A stretch of DNA of 53,980 bases from Stellaceae bacterium (lineage in GTDB: Bacteria > Pseudomonadota > Alphaproteobacteria > ATCC43930 > CGMCC-115725): assembly GCA_035938015.1 (NCBI GenBank), contig DASZHJ010000241.1:1-53980 (forward strand), in the 5' to 3' direction. The translations under genes and the position numbers were made by a program. Under the pieces are notes generated by a model, which was not told the DNA's origin, did no database searches, and saw only the letters and a list, made by a program, of their open reading frames with translations. This document shows positions 8,287-18,731 of this stretch, in pieces (the first letter of the stretch is position 1; every line of letters begins with the position of its first letter).

Positions 8287-10071
8287 ATGACCGACGGCCA
8301 GACCACCTACCGCGTGCTCGCCCGCAAATACCGGCCGGCGACTTTTGCCGAGCTTATCGGGCAAGAGGCGATGGTGCGCACGCTCACCAACGCTATCGCT
8401 ACCGGCCGCATCGCGCACGCCTTCATCCTCACGGGCGTGCGCGGCGTCGGCAAGACGACCACCGCGCGTATCTTGGCGCGCGCGCTCAATTGTGTGGGTC
8501 CAGACGGCAAGGGCGGTCCCACGATCACGCCCTGCGGTCAATGCGAGCCCTGCCGCGCGATCGCCGAGGATCGCCACGTCGACGTACTGGAGATGGACGC
8601 GGCCTCGCGTACCGGCGTCGAGGACATCCGCGAGCTCACCGACGGCGTGCGCTACAAGCCCGTCACGGCGCGCTACAAGGTCTACATCATCGACGAAGTG
8701 CACATGCTTTCGCGGCAGGCCTTCAACGCGCTCTTGAAGACGCTGGAAGAGCCGCCGCCCGACGTTAAGTTCATCTTCGCCACCACCGAGATCCAGAAAG
8801 TTCCGATAACGGTGCTGTCGCGCTGTCAACGCTTCTCGCTGCGCCGGGTCCCTGCGGAGCTGCTGGAAGCGCATTATGCGAAGGTCCTTGAAGCGGAGAA
8901 GGTGGCGGCCGAGCCCGCGGCGCTCGTGCTGGTGGCGCGCGCGGCCGACGGCTCCGTACGGGATGGTCTATCGCTCCTCGACCAGGCGATCGCGCTCTCG
9001 GGCGGGGCCGCTATCGCCGAGGCCTCGGTCCGCGACATGCTGGGCATCGCGGACAAGGGCCTGGTATTCGACCTGCTCGAGACCGTGCTCAAGGGCGATG
9101 CCGCCGGCGCGCTCGGCCGGCTGGGATCGCTCTATGACGGCGGCGCCGATCCCGTGCTCGTGGTGCAGGATCTGCTCGACCTCGTGCATTTCCTCATGCG
9201 GCTCAAGCTGACACCGAGCGCGGGCGAGGGCGATCCCGCGGTCGAGGGCGAGCGTGGCCGCGGCCAGCCGCTCGCCGCCAAGCTCTCAGTGCCGGTGCTG
9301 GTGCGCGCCTGGCAGATGCTGCTTAAGGGCCTATCGGAGATCCAGATCGCGCCCTCGCCGCTGCAAGCCGCGGAGATGGTTCTGGTGCGGCTCACCCATG
9401 TGGCGGACCTGCCAGCGCCCGCCGATGTCGTGAAGGCTCTCTCGACCGAGGGTACAGGCGTCCCTGCCTCCAGCGCCCGCTCGCCCTCGGGCACGAGCAC
9501 GGGCACCGCGGCGCCCTCGATGCTGGGCGGCGGTCCGGGCATTCCGAGCGCGCGGCGCAGCGCGGTGGGCGAAAGCGAGCCCACGGGCGCCCCTGGCATG
9601 CTGCGCGCGACCGAGCCCACAACCGCGCCAGCACCGGGGCCCGAGCCTATGCCGCAGAGCTTCGCGGAGGTGGTGGCGCTCTTCGACCGCAAGCGCGAGG
9701 CGCTGCTGCGCTCGCACCTGTTCGCCAATGCGCACCTGGTCCGCTTCGAGCCCGGCCGCATCGAGCTCAGGCCGACCGAGGGCGCGCCACGCGACCTCGC
9801 GAACCGCCTGGGCAAGCTGCTGGGCGATTGGACCGGCGAGCGCTGGGTGGTCAGCATTTCCCAGAACGAGGGCGAGCCCACGCTCCGGGAGCAAGCAGCG
9901 GCGAGAGACGAGACGCTCCGCCACGAGGCTGCGGCGCACCCGCTGGTGCGCGCGGTGCTCGACGCGTTTCCCGGTGCCCGCATCGAGGCGGTGCGGGACA
10001 TCGGCCGCGACGCCGCGGCGCCCCTCGATCCGGAGTTGCCCGCCGATGAGGCTGGCGAAGGAGAGCCATGA
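8287..10071 (+). CDS. dnaX: DNA polymerase III subunit gamma/tau
   Basis: MTDGQTTYRVLARKYRPATFAELIGQE..., Walker A GVRGVGKTT, DEVHML, SRCQRF, and a long Pro/Ala-rich linker before the C-terminal tau domain. ATG 8287 is preferred over the track start 8257, which abuts ffs. Confidence 0.95.
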   Translation: MTDGQTTYRVLARKYRPATFAELIGQEAMVRTLTNAIATGRIAHAFILTGVRGVGKTTTARILARALNCVGPDGKGGPTITPCGQCEPCRAIAEDRHVDVLEMDAASRTGVEDIRELTDGVRYKPVTARYKVYIIDEVHMLSRQAFNALLKTLEEPPPDVKFIFATTEIQKVPITVLSRCQRFSLRRVPAELLEAHYAKVLEAEKVAAEPAALVLVARAADGSVRDGLSLLDQAIALSGGAAIAEASVRDMLGIADKGLVFDLLETVLKGDAAGALGRLGSLYDGGADPVLVVQDLLDLVHFLMRLKLTPSAGEGDPAVEGERGRGQPLAAKLSVPVLVRAWQMLLKGLSEIQIAPSPLQAAEMVLVRLTHVADLPAPADVVKALSTEGTGVPASSARSPSGTSTGTAAPSMLGGGPGIPSARRSAVGESEPTGAPGMLRATEPTTAPAPGPEPMPQSFAEVVALFDRKREALLRSHLFANAHLVRFEPGRIELRPTEGAPRDLANRLGKLLGDWTGERWVVSISQNEGEPTLREQAAARDETLRHEAAAHPLVRAVLDAFPGARIEAVRDIGRDAAAPLDPELPADEAGEGEP

Positions 10072-10391
10072 AGAACCTCGGTCAGATGATGAAGCAGGCG
10101 CAGCAGATGCAGACCCGCATGGCGGAGTTGCAGACGCGCCTTGGCGAGATGGAGGTCGAGGGTCAGTCCGGCGGTGGCATGGTGCAGGCGACGCTGACTG
10201 GCAAGGGTGAGCTGCGGCGGCTCAAGATCGATCCGTCGCTCGCCAAGCCCGAGGAGGTCGAGGTGCTGGAAGACCTCGTTGTGGCGGCGGTCAACGACGC
10301 CCGCCAGCGAGTCGACGCCATGGTCGCGGAGGAGATGAGCAAGCTCACCGGCGGCCTGCAGCTCCCCCCGGGGATGAAACTGCCGTTTTGA
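10068..10391 (+). CDS. ybaB: YbaB/EbfC-family nucleoid-associated protein
   Basis: 107 aa, [15 protein letters not shown]...GGGMV...G. ATGA overlap with the dnaX stop. Confidence 0.9.
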   Translation: MKNLGQMMKQAQQMQTRMAELQTRLGEMEVEGQSGGGMVQATLTGKGELRRLKIDPSLAKPEEVEVLEDLVVAAVNDARQRVDAMVAEEMSKLTGGLQLPPGMKLPF

Positions 10392-10975
10392 GCGACCTCG
10401 CGTCTCTGATCCAGCTCCTCTCGAAGCTGCCGGGGCTCGGGCCGCGCTCGGCTCGGCGCGCAGCGTTGCATCTGGTGAAGCGGCGGGAGAGCCTGATGCA
10501 GCCGCTAGCAGAGGCGATGCGGGCGGTCGCCGAGCGGGTCCGCGCTTGCTCGACTTGCGGCAATCTCGATACCGAGGACCCCTGCGCGCTGTGTCGAGAT
10601 CCCCGGCGCGACCCGCAGGTGCTCTGCGTGGTCGAGGACGTGGCCGATCTCTGGGCGATCGAGCGGACCGCGGCGTTTCGCGGCCGCTATCACGTGCTCG
10701 GCGGCACGCTCTCGGCGTTGGAGGGCGTGGGACCTGAGGATCTCCGCATCGACTCGCTGATCGCGCGGGCGGCCGGCGGCGAGATTAAGGAGCTGATCCT
10801 GGCGCTGAATGCCACCGTCGAGGGCCAGACCACCGCGCACTACGTGACGGACCGGCTTGCCGGCACCGGCGTTGCGGTGTCGCGACTCGCGCACGGCGTG
10901 CCCGTCGGCGGCGAGCTCGACTATCTCGACGAAGGCACCTTGAGCGCCGCATTGGCGCAGAGGCGCCCACTCTAG
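10388..10975 (+). CDS. recR: Recombination protein RecR
   Basis: [11 protein letters not shown] helix-hairpin-helix, Cys4 zinc finger [16 protein letters not shown] and a Toprim domain. TTG start overlapping the ybaB stop. Confidence 0.93.
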   Translation: MSDLASLIQLLSKLPGLGPRSARRAALHLVKRRESLMQPLAEAMRAVAERVRACSTCGNLDTEDPCALCRDPRRDPQVLCVVEDVADLWAIERTAAFRGRYHVLGGTLSALEGVGPEDLRIDSLIARAAGGEIKELILALNATVEGQTTAHYVTDRLAGTGVAVSRLAHGVPVGGELDYLDEGTLSAALAQRRPL

Positions 10976-10982
10976 ACCTCAG

Positions 10983-12338
10983 CTATTCCGCGACCATGCG
11001 TGGCGGGAGTTGGAGCTCGGGCTCCGGCCCGGGCTCGGCAGCCTCGATCTCGATCAGCGTGCTCTCCTCCGCGGTTTGCACTGCGAAGCTCGGCAGGCTC
11101 TGCGGCAGGGCCTTCGGCGGTTCGACACCGAGCCGAGCCAGGCCGCGAACGCGCGGCAGGAGCCGCGCGTTGATCGAGCCGGTGAATTTCATGAAATTGT
11201 CGACCGCGTTCTTGAGGCCCGCGCCGGTGCGCGCCGCATGGCTCAGGACGATGGCCAAGCCCTCGAGCACGGCGCGGGTCTTCTCGACGATCTCTTGCTG
11301 ATTCTCCATCTGGCGGAGCCGGCGGATTTCGGTGCCGGCCATGAGCAGCGCCGAGTGCAAGCCCGCAGGTCCCGCCGGAATGATCTGCGCCTGGCGCGCG
11401 CGCTGGAAGAACTCGGCATCGGCACGGCGGAGCCGCTCCAGCGCCGCCTCGTTCGGCAGATACATCAGGCTGATGATCTGAGGATCGTCGCCGCCGCGAC
11501 CCGCTTGCTTGCAAGCCGCGTAGACCGCGTTGCGGTAATCCTTCTCGGAGAGCGTGCGCAGATGCTGGTTCATGGTGCGCGCGAGGTTGTCGTAGGCGGC
11601 GGCTTCTTGCGGGGTGCCCTCGTGCTTGGCGATCTCCAGCATGAACTTCGAGGCCTTGCAGTCGATCACCAGAACGGTGTCGGTGGGCAGGAACACGACC
11701 GCGTCGGGCCTGAGCCGGCGCCCGGTCTCCTCGTCGACCGTGGTCTGTTGCAGCATGAAATCGCGGCCGACCTCGAGGCCGAAGGACTGCAGGGTGTTGG
11801 CAAGGCCGATCTCCGCGAGCTGACCCGCGCCGCCCGGGCTGGTCACTGCGCGCATCAGCAGCTCCATCTCGCCGCCGGTTTTGCTGACGCGGTCGTCGAG
11901 CACCGCGACCAACTGCGCGACCTCGGCCACCTGCTTCAGGAGCGTCTCGTTGACCTTGCGGACGCGCTCCTCGGTCTGCTGCTTCGCCTCGGTGGTCTCG
12001 CGCTTGTGATCGTCGAGCAGCTTGGAGGAGACCTGCGCCGCAGTGTCGGTCACCGCGACTTTGGCGGCGTCCATCATCTCCTTTCGGAGGCGCTCGAAGT
12101 CCTCGAGCCTGGTTTGCACCGCCGTCAGCTCCGCCTGCGCTGAAGCAGCGCCTCGCTCGGCGGTCACGCGGGCCTCGACCGCGGAGTCGCGGTCGCGCAG
12201 CGCCGCCTCGAGACGCGCCTCGAATGCTGCCAGATCCGTTTCCGCCTGGCTTTCGCGTCGGCGCAGCCACAGCGTGGTGATTGCGACCGACGCGCCAGAT
12301 GCCAGCACCACGAATCCGAGCGTCAGGAATAGGTCCAT
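10983..12338 (-). CDS. rmuC: DNA recombination protein RmuC
   Basis: ATG 12338 gives an N-terminal TM helix (MDLFLTLGFVVLASGASVAITTLWL), a long coiled coil and the RmuC nuclease-like domain (PDAVVFLPTDTVLVIDCKAS). The 10972..12270 and 11010..12143 ORFs are shadows. Confidence 0.85.
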   Translation of the reverse strand: MDLFLTLGFVVLASGASVAITTLWLRRRESQAETDLAAFEARLEAALRDRDSAVEARVTAERGAASAQAELTAVQTRLEDFERLRKEMMDAAKVAVTDTAAQVSSKLLDDHKRETTEAKQQTEERVRKVNETLLKQVAEVAQLVAVLDDRVSKTGGEMELLMRAVTSPGGAGQLAEIGLANTLQSFGLEVGRDFMLQQTTVDEETGRRLRPDAVVFLPTDTVLVIDCKASKFMLEIAKHEGTPQEAAAYDNLARTMNQHLRTLSEKDYRNAVYAACKQAGRGGDDPQIISLMYLPNEAALERLRRADAEFFQRARQAQIIPAGPAGLHSALLMAGTEIRRLRQMENQQEIVEKTRAVLEGLAIVLSHAARTGAGLKNAVDNFMKFTGSINARLLPRVRGLARLGVEPPKALPQSLPSFAVQTAEESTLIEIEAAEPGPEPELQLPPRMVAE

Positions 12339-12534
12339 GGATGGCTCATGCCGCTCAGGTAGGTGCCCAATCGCCAGTTTCATCCTATCAGGACGAAACG
12401 GGAACGAAAGAACTTCCAGCGCGATTTTTATGGACATCGGCGCTACCCAATGTGCGGTTTTCGCGTTGGTGCCGAGGGTTGACGCGCCCCGTCGGCGGGC
12501 CTACCTAAAGGGCCGATCTCGCTGGGAATTCCGC

Positions 12535-13059
12535 ATGTCGATTCTGCCGATCATCACGGCGCCAGACCCGCGCCTCAAGCTCAAGGCAAGGCCGGTGGCG
12601 GCAGTGAACGACGGCATTCGCCGTTTGATGGACGATATGCTCGAGACCATGTATCTCGCGCCGGGCATCGGACTCGCGGCTCCGCAGGTCGGCGTCACCA
12701 AGCGCGTGCTGGTGCTGGATGTCGCCGGCGAGGGCGAGAAACCGGCGCCGTTGAAAATCGCCAATCCCGAGATTCTCTGGCGCTCGGAGGAGCTCGCGAC
12801 ATACAGCGAGGGCTGCCTGTCGCTCCCCGAGCACTATGCCGACGTGACCCGGCCCGCCGAGATCAAGCTGCGCTATCTCGATTACCAGAACGAGGTCCGC
12901 GAGCTCCACGCCAAGGGCCTGCTCGCGACCGTGATCCAGCACGAGATGGATCACCTCGAGGGCACGCTGTTCGTCGACCACATCTCCGCCCTCAAGCGCA
13001 ACATCATCCTGCGCAAACTCGCGAAGGCGAAGCGCCAAGGAGCGCCGGCTCCGGCCTGA
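12535..13059 (+). CDS. def: Peptide deformylase
   Basis: The three deformylase motifs GIGLAAPQ, EGCLS and QHEMDH are present. ATG at 12535. Confidence 0.95.
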   Translation: MSILPIITAPDPRLKLKARPVAAVNDGIRRLMDDMLETMYLAPGIGLAAPQVGVTKRVLVLDVAGEGEKPAPLKIANPEILWRSEELATYSEGCLSLPEHYADVTRPAEIKLRYLDYQNEVRELHAKGLLATVIQHEMDHLEGTLFVDHISALKRNIILRKLAKAKRQGAPAPA

Positions 13060-13158
13060 GAGCACGTGCGACTCGTCCAAATCCAATCTCGACACATCCG
13101 GTTTCGAGTAGGATGGTCGCGTCGATTGCACGCCGTTCAGCACCGGGATAAGGATTCC

Positions 13159-13701
13159 ATGGCCTATCCGCGCCTTGCTACGATCTTCATTCTGGCTGGC
13201 TTGGCCTCGTTGCCGACCGCCAACCGCGCTGCGGCGCAAGGCGCCAAGCCCGACCCGCTCTCCCGCTTTCAATCTTCCCTGGTGGCGCCTCCAGCGTCCG
13301 CTCAGATTACGCTCCGCCAAAGTGTCTACGTGCCGGCCTATTCCAGCCTGGTGGGCTCTGGCGGCCAGGCGAGGCTCGATCTCGCGGTGACGCTCTCAGT
13401 CCGCAACACCTCCGCCACGTTGCCGCTGGTGGTCGAGCATATCGACTATTACGACACCGCCGGAAACCTGGTGCAGCACTACGTTCCGGCGACCGTTGCG
13501 GTCAGGCCCTTCGGCACCATTGAGATTCTGATCCCAACCGATGATATCCGCGGCGGCACGGGGGCGAACTTCATCGTCGATTGGGGCGCCACCCAGCCGA
13601 TCTCCGAGCCGGTGATCGAGACCGTCATGGTCGGCTCGAGCGGCAACCGAGGCTTCGCCTTCGTATCGCCGGGCCGTCCGATCCATGTGCCGAGCAAATA
13701 G
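13159..13701 (+). CDS. Secreted DUF3124-domain protein
   Basis: ATG 13159 is preceded by AAGGA. Signal peptide MAYPRLATIFILAGLASLPTANRAAAQ. The core SVYVPAYS...LSVRNTS...IDYYDT.G.LV...GGTGANFIVDW...EPVIETVM matches my recollection of the DUF3124 family. Family assignment is from memory. Confidence 0.65.
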   Translation: MAYPRLATIFILAGLASLPTANRAAAQGAKPDPLSRFQSSLVAPPASAQITLRQSVYVPAYSSLVGSGGQARLDLAVTLSVRNTSATLPLVVEHIDYYDTAGNLVQHYVPATVAVRPFGTIEILIPTDDIRGGTGANFIVDWGATQPISEPVIETVMVGSSGNRGFAFVSPGRPIHVPSK

Positions 13702-13744
13702 CGGCAAAGCCAGCAAACGGCCGCTCCTTTAGCGTGGCGATCCC

Positions 13745-14665
13745 ATGACGCTTCGCCTCGCCTTCATGGGCACGCCGGATTTCGCCGTGCCGGTCCTGCA
13801 GGCGCTCTTGACTGCCGGGCATGTCGTAGTTGCGGTCTATACCCAGCCGCCGCGCCCTGCCGGCCGCGGACATCGCGCGCAGCCGTCGCCCGTGCATCGC
13901 GCGGCGGACGCGGCCGGCATTCCCGTCTATGCGCCTGCGAAGTTCGACCGGGCCGAGCAGGCGAAATTCCGCACGCTCGCGCTCGATGCCGCGGTGGTGG
14001 CGGCTTACGGCCTCATCCTGCCCAAGCTCGTGCTGGAGGCGCCGCGCCTCGGTTGCCTCAACGTGCACGCCTCGCTCTTGCCGCGCTGGCGCGGTGCCGC
14101 GCCCATTCAGCGCGCCATTCTGGCGGACGATCGCGAGACCGGTGTCACCATCATGCAAATGGACGAGGGGCTCGATACCGGTCCGATTCTGCTCGCCGAG
14201 TCGGTCGCCATAGGGCCGGAGGCCACGGCCGCCACGCTGCACTTCCAATTGGCGACACTTGGCGCGCGGCTCATCGTGCGTGCGCTCGCAGGCCGCGCGG
14301 ACGGCACTTTGGCGGCACGACCGCAGCCGGCAGCAGGCGTGACCTATGCGAAGAAGCTCGCCCGCGACGAGGGCCGGATCGATTGGAGCAGGCCGGCGAT
14401 CGAGCTGGAGCGCGCGGTGCGCGCGCTCAATCCAGTCCCCGGCGTGTGGTTCGAGCACGGCGCCGAGCGCATCAAGGTCCTGGCGGCGACGATGGCGGAG
14501 AGCGGCGCGACAGCGCTGCCGGGCACCGTGCTGGATGCCGGCCTCACCGTCGCCTGCGGGTCCGGCGCCTTGCGTTTGATCCGATTGAGGCGTGCCGGCC
14601 GCGCTGCCGTCGATGCCGAGGCCTTCCTGCGCGGCTACGCGCTGCCACCGGGCACGCGGCTCTGA
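13745..14665 (+). CDS. fmt: Methionyl-tRNA formyltransferase
   Basis: [21 protein letters not shown]..., [18 protein letters not shown], and a C-terminal Fmt domain. Confidence 0.95.
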   Translation: MTLRLAFMGTPDFAVPVLQALLTAGHVVVAVYTQPPRPAGRGHRAQPSPVHRAADAAGIPVYAPAKFDRAEQAKFRTLALDAAVVAAYGLILPKLVLEAPRLGCLNVHASLLPRWRGAAPIQRAILADDRETGVTIMQMDEGLDTGPILLAESVAIGPEATAATLHFQLATLGARLIVRALAGRADGTLAARPQPAAGVTYAKKLARDEGRIDWSRPAIELERAVRALNPVPGVWFEHGAERIKVLAATMAESGATALPGTVLDAGLTVACGSGALRLIRLRRAGRAAVDAEAFLRGYALPPGTRL

Positions 14666-15408
14666 TGCCGCGCTATAAGCTCACTCTAGAATACGACGGC
14701 ACGGGCCTGGTGGGCTGGCAGCGCCAAGCGAGCGGGCTCTCGGTGCAGGAGATCCTGGAGACCGCGGTCGAGCGCTTCTGCGGCGAGGCGGTGCGGGTGC
14801 ATGGCGCCGGCCGGACGGATGCCGGCGTCCATGCCTTGGCCCAGGTGGCGCATTTCGATCTCTCGCGCGACAGCGACCCGGAGGAGATCCACGGTGCGCT
14901 CAATCATCACGTGCGCCCCCACGCGGTGTCGGTATTGGCCGTCGATCTGGTACCGGTGACGTTCCACGCGCGCATCTCCGCCCGCGGCCGACATTACCGC
15001 TATCGCATCCTGAACCGGCGCTCGCCGCCGGCGTTGGAGCACGATCGGGTCTGGCACGTGAGGCCGCCCCTCGACGTCGCGGCGATGCAGGAGGGCGCAC
15101 GGCACCTCCTGGGCGAGCATGATTTCACTACCTTCCGCGACGCGCTCTGCCAGGCGAAGTCGCCGATCAAGACGCTCGATGGCCTCGACATTGCCCGATC
15201 CGGCGAGGAAATCGTGGTGGAGGCTCGGGCGCGCTCGTTCCTGCACCATCAAGTCCGCAACATGGTGGGAACGCTGAAGCTCGTGGGGCTCGGAAAGTGG
15301 TCGCCGCTTCACGTGAAACGGGCGCTCGAGGCGAGGGAACGCCGCGCGGGCGGCCCAACCGCGCCCGCGCAAGGTCTTTGCCTGGTCGGCGTGACCTATT
15401 TGACGTAG
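14665..15408 (+). CDS. truA: tRNA pseudouridine(38-40) synthase
   Basis: ATG 14665 overlaps the fmt stop (TGATG). [21 protein letters not shown]..., catalytic motif GAGRTDAGVHA. Confidence 0.9.
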   Translation: MPRYKLTLEYDGTGLVGWQRQASGLSVQEILETAVERFCGEAVRVHGAGRTDAGVHALAQVAHFDLSRDSDPEEIHGALNHHVRPHAVSVLAVDLVPVTFHARISARGRHYRYRILNRRSPPALEHDRVWHVRPPLDVAAMQEGARHLLGEHDFTTFRDALCQAKSPIKTLDGLDIARSGEEIVVEARARSFLHHQVRNMVGTLKLVGLGKWSPLHVKRALEARERRAGGPTAPAQGLCLVGVTYLT

Positions 15409-16022
15409 CCGAGCAACTCCACGATCGCGAGTGCGCCGCCTGCTACGAGCGCGGCATTCCAGGCGAGCGCTAGGATTCCGCAGCCCAACCCCACGCCCAG
15501 CGCACGGCTGTCTTCCTCCATCAGCCCCAGCGACAGCACCACTAGCGCATAGGCGATCGGCGCGTTGCCGAAAGGTATCGGGAATGCGAGTACGATGCTC
15601 AGGAGCATCACGGCGACGCCGATCACCCTTTCGCCGGCGGGCTCTGTGAGCCAGGACGGCCGTGGGCCAAGCCAGACCTCCACACGCCTGATGGTCGGCA
15701 AGACGCGGTCGAGGAAGCGGGAGTATCCCGCCGAGCTCACGGACCATTGCCGGGCGCGCTGGGGGATCCAGGGCGATGGCCGGCCCGACGCAAGCTGTGC
15801 GCCCAGCACGACAAGGCCGATCGCGAAGGGGAGGGAAAATCCGGGAATGTGCGGTCCGGGGATCGCGTTGATCAGGGCGGGCACCAGGATGAGCAAGCCG
15901 AAACCGTGATCGCTGAGCGCATCGAGGAGCTCGCCCAAGCTGATCCGCGCGGCCGGGTGGCTCACGAGAACCAGAGCCAGCGCCTCGGAAATCCGGGCCC
16001 TTCGGGTGCCGGAGCTCGCCAT
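15396..16022 (-). CDS. ExoD-family membrane protein (exopolysaccharide synthesis ExoD)
   Basis: About 208 aa with 4-5 TM segments. The N-terminal ...ISLGELLDALSDHGFGLLILVPAL.. is typical of ExoD. Its 3' end overlaps truA convergently by 13 nt. Confidence 0.72.
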   Translation of the reverse strand: MASSGTRRARISEALALVLVSHPAARISLGELLDALSDHGFGLLILVPALINAIPGPHIPGFSLPFAIGLVVLGAQLASGRPSPWIPQRARQWSVSSAGYSRFLDRVLPTIRRVEVWLGPRPSWLTEPAGERVIGVAVMLLSIVLAFPIPFGNAPIAYALVVLSLGLMEEDSRALGVGLGCGILALAWNAALVAGGALAIVELLGYVK

Positions 16023-16636
16023 CACGCCAGTGCGTTCGATATTTTATCGAGGGCGAGCCCGGAGACGATGTCGAGCAGCACGACGATGATCGGCAGCGCG
16101 ACGCCCGCATCGAGACTCACCCAGGCCACGTACCACTCGTAGGCGTACACCGCGACCCTGAGCGCCGCGCCCGCCAGAACTGCGGTATAGGCGACCAGCG
16201 CGGCGCTGCCCGAAGCCGACGCGACGTTGCTGAGATCGACCACGCTGCCTGCGGCAGTGAACAGCCCCACGATCAGCAGCACCGCCAAGGCCAGTGGGAT
16301 CTGCGTCCAATTGTAAGTCGTGACGAAGAGCCAGTACCGTTCCGCGCGGCCGTACCAGCGGGCAAGGCCATAAATGACTGCCAGCAGCACGGGCGGGACG
16401 AGCATGGCCCCGATCAACTGGAACGCCGCGCTATGTGGGGGCAGGACCTCTGCAGTCGGGCCAAGCTCGTCGATCGCGATGATCGCGACGTTCACTGGCA
16501 GCACGAAAGCGATGGCCCAGAAGGAGCGCAAGCCCCCGCCGCGGCTGCCGTCAAAATCGGCGAGGCCTCGAGTGTCGAGGAACAGCAGTCGCCAAGCGCC
16601 ATGGAGCGCACGCCAAATCTCGGCGAGACTCGGCAT
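16022..16636 (-). CDS. Hypothetical polytopic membrane protein (Yip1-like topology)
   Basis: ATG 16636 gives MPSLAEIWRALHGAWRLLF... followed by 5 hydrophobic helices. It sits 8 nt downstream of dapE and overlaps the exoD start by 1 nt (TGATG). No recognisable catalytic motif. Confidence 0.55.
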   Translation of the reverse strand: MPSLAEIWRALHGAWRLLFLDTRGLADFDGSRGGGLRSFWAIAFVLPVNVAIIAIDELGPTAEVLPPHSAAFQLIGAMLVPPVLLAVIYGLARWYGRAERYWLFVTTYNWTQIPLALAVLLIVGLFTAAGSVVDLSNVASASGSAALVAYTAVLAGAALRVAVYAYEWYVAWVSLDAGVALPIIVVLLDIVSGLALDKISNALA

Positions 16637-16644
16637 CACCCGGC

Positions 16645-17817
16645 TCAGGCCGCGGGGAAATAAAGGTCGAGCACCGCGCGGTAGATGTCGGCGAGCACCG
16701 CGAGATCGGCGACGGGCACGCGCTCGTCGACCTTGTGCATGGTGAGGCCGACAAGGCCGAATTCCGCCACCGGGCAGTGCCGATGGATGAAGCGGGCGTC
16801 CGAAGTGCCGCCGGTGGTGCTGAGCTCGGGCGTGCGGCCCGTCACCTGCCGAATCGCGCGGGTCAGGATCTCGCTGACCGACCCGGGCGGGGTCAGGAAG
16901 GACTCGCCGCTCACGTGAACCTTGAGCTCGCGGTTTCCGCCGGCGGCGGCGAGCTTGCTCTCGATCCATTCCTGGAGCGTCTTCGAGGACCAGCGGTCGT
17001 TGAAACGGATGTTGAAGACCGCGCGCGCCTCGCCGGGGATCACGTTGGAGGCGGGGTTCCCGACGTCGGTGGTGGTGAGCTGCAGCGTCGAGGGCTGAAA
17101 ATGCTCGGTGCCGTTGTCGAGTGGCTCGGCCGTCAGGCTATGCAGCATCGTCACCATCCGGTGGACCGGATTGTCGGCGAGGTGCGGGTAGGCCGTGTGG
17201 CCCTGCACGCCCTTGACGGTGATCGTGCCCGTGAGGCTACCCCGCCGACCGATCTTCACCATGTCGCCGAGGATCTTGGCGCTGGTGGGCTCGCCCACCA
17301 CGCAGGCGTCGAGCCGCTCGCCTTGCTCCTGGAGCCAGTCCAGCACCTTCCTGGTGCCGTTGATGGAGACGCCTTCCTCATCGCCGGTTATCAGCAGGCT
17401 GATCGAGCCATCGAAGACGCCAGCGCGCGTACCGAGGAAGCGCGCCACGGCGGCGACGAAAGCCGCGATTCCGCCCTTCATGTCGGCCGCGCCCCGGCCA
17501 TAGAGCGCGCCGTCGATGACCTCCGCGCCGAAGGGATCGACGGTCCAGGACTCGCGCCGCCCGACCGGCACCACGTCCGTATGGCCGGCAAAGCAGAAAT
17601 TCCGCCCGGACCTGCCGAGGCGGGCATAGAGGTTGAGCACCGGCTCGGTGTCGGGCTCGGTGAACTCGAGCTTGGTGCAGGCAAAGCCCAGTCGATCGAG
17701 CGCGCGGACCAGCACGTCGATGGCGCCGGCATCCTTCGGGGTCACGCTGGGGCAGCGGATGAGCTCCGCCGCGAGCGCCGCAGGATCGACGGCCTCCGGC
17801 TTGGCTTGGACCGTCAT
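16645..17817 (-). CDS. dapE: Succinyl-diaminopimelate desuccinylase
   Basis: ATG 17817 gives [27 protein letters not shown]... M20 peptidase motifs [16 protein letters not shown] and ITGDEEG. 4-nt overlap with dapD. The longer track ORF to 18498 is a read-through artefact. Confidence 0.9.
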   Translation of the reverse strand: MTVQAKPEAVDPAALAAELIRCPSVTPKDAGAIDVLVRALDRLGFACTKLEFTEPDTEPVLNLYARLGRSGRNFCFAGHTDVVPVGRRESWTVDPFGAEVIDGALYGRGAADMKGGIAAFVAAVARFLGTRAGVFDGSISLLITGDEEGVSINGTRKVLDWLQEQGERLDACVVGEPTSAKILGDMVKIGRRGSLTGTITVKGVQGHTAYPHLADNPVHRMVTMLHSLTAEPLDNGTEHFQPSTLQLTTTDVGNPASNVIPGEARAVFNIRFNDRWSSKTLQEWIESKLAAAGGNRELKVHVSGESFLTPPGSVSEILTRAIRQVTGRTPELSTTGGTSDARFIHRHCPVAEFGLVGLTMHKVDERVPVADLAVLADIYRAVLDLYFPAA

Positions 17818-18671
17818 TCCCGCAGCAACTCGTTGATGGCGGTCTTGGCCCGCGTCTGCGCGTCGACGCGCTTGACGATCACGGCGCAATAGAGGCTTGG
17901 GCCTGGTCGTCCGTCGGGCAGCGGTCCGCCGGGCAGGCTGCCCGGCACCACCACGGAATAGGCGGGGACCCGTCCGCGGAAGGTCTCGCCGGTCTCGCGG
18001 TCGATGATGCGCGTGGTAGCGCTGATGAAGACGCCCATGGACAGGACCGAGCCGGTCTCGACCACTACTCCTTCCACCACCTCGCTGCGCGCGCCGATGA
18101 AGCAGTTGTCCTCGATGATCACGGGATTGGCTTGCACGGGCTCGAGCACCCCGCCGATGCCGACGCCACCGGAGAGATGGCAATTCCGGCCGATCTGCGC
18201 GCAGGAACCCACCGTCGCCCAGGTGTCCACCATGGTGCCGCCATCGACGTAGGCGCCGACATTGACGAAGCTCGGCATCAGCACGACGTTGGGCGCGATG
18301 TAAGCAGAGCGGCGCACGACGCAGGAGGGTACCGCGCGAAAGCCCGCGCCGCGGAAGCGCGCGGCGTCCCAGCCCGCGAATTTCGAGGGTACCTTGTCCC
18401 ACCAGACCGCAGGCCCGCGCGCTGCGTCGGCGGGGCCGCCGAGAATCTCCGCCATATCGTAGAGCCGGAACGACAGCAGCACGGCTTTCTTGAGCCACTG
18501 GTGCACGGTCCAGTGGCCTTCATGCTTTTCAGCGACCCGGAGCCTGCCCTGATCGAGTCCGTCGAGCGCGGCCTCCACGGCGTCGCGCACAGGACCCTTG
18601 GTCGCGGGCGTGATGGTATCGCGCGCTTCCCAGGCGGCGTCGATGATCCCTGAGAGATCGGCGGAAGTCAT
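17814..18671 (-). CDS. dapD: 2,3,4,5-tetrahydropyridine-2,6-dicarboxylate N-succinyltransferase
   Basis: 285 aa with left-handed beta-helix hexapeptide repeats (...[25 protein letters not shown]...) and a typical DapD N-domain. Confidence 0.93.
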   Translation of the reverse strand: MTSADLSGIIDAAWEARDTITPATKGPVRDAVEAALDGLDQGRLRVAEKHEGHWTVHQWLKKAVLLSFRLYDMAEILGGPADAARGPAVWWDKVPSKFAGWDAARFRGAGFRAVPSCVVRRSAYIAPNVVLMPSFVNVGAYVDGGTMVDTWATVGSCAQIGRNCHLSGGVGIGGVLEPVQANPVIIEDNCFIGARSEVVEGVVVETGSVLSMGVFISATTRIIDRETGETFRGRVPAYSVVVPGSLPGGPLPDGRPGPSLYCAVIVKRVDAQTRAKTAINELLRE

Positions 18672-18731
18672 GAAGATGCCAGGCTAGTTATTGAAAAGAC
18701 GGCGAAAGATGCGGCTTCCGCCCCGGCGATG

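Noticed and set aside
8287-10071. Programmed -1 ribosomal frameshift in dnaX (gamma subunit production as in E. coli)
   Set aside because: I did not see an A AAA AAG-type slippery heptamer, or any A6 run, in the gene. Alphaproteobacteria are known to generate the short form by other means, such as proteolysis.
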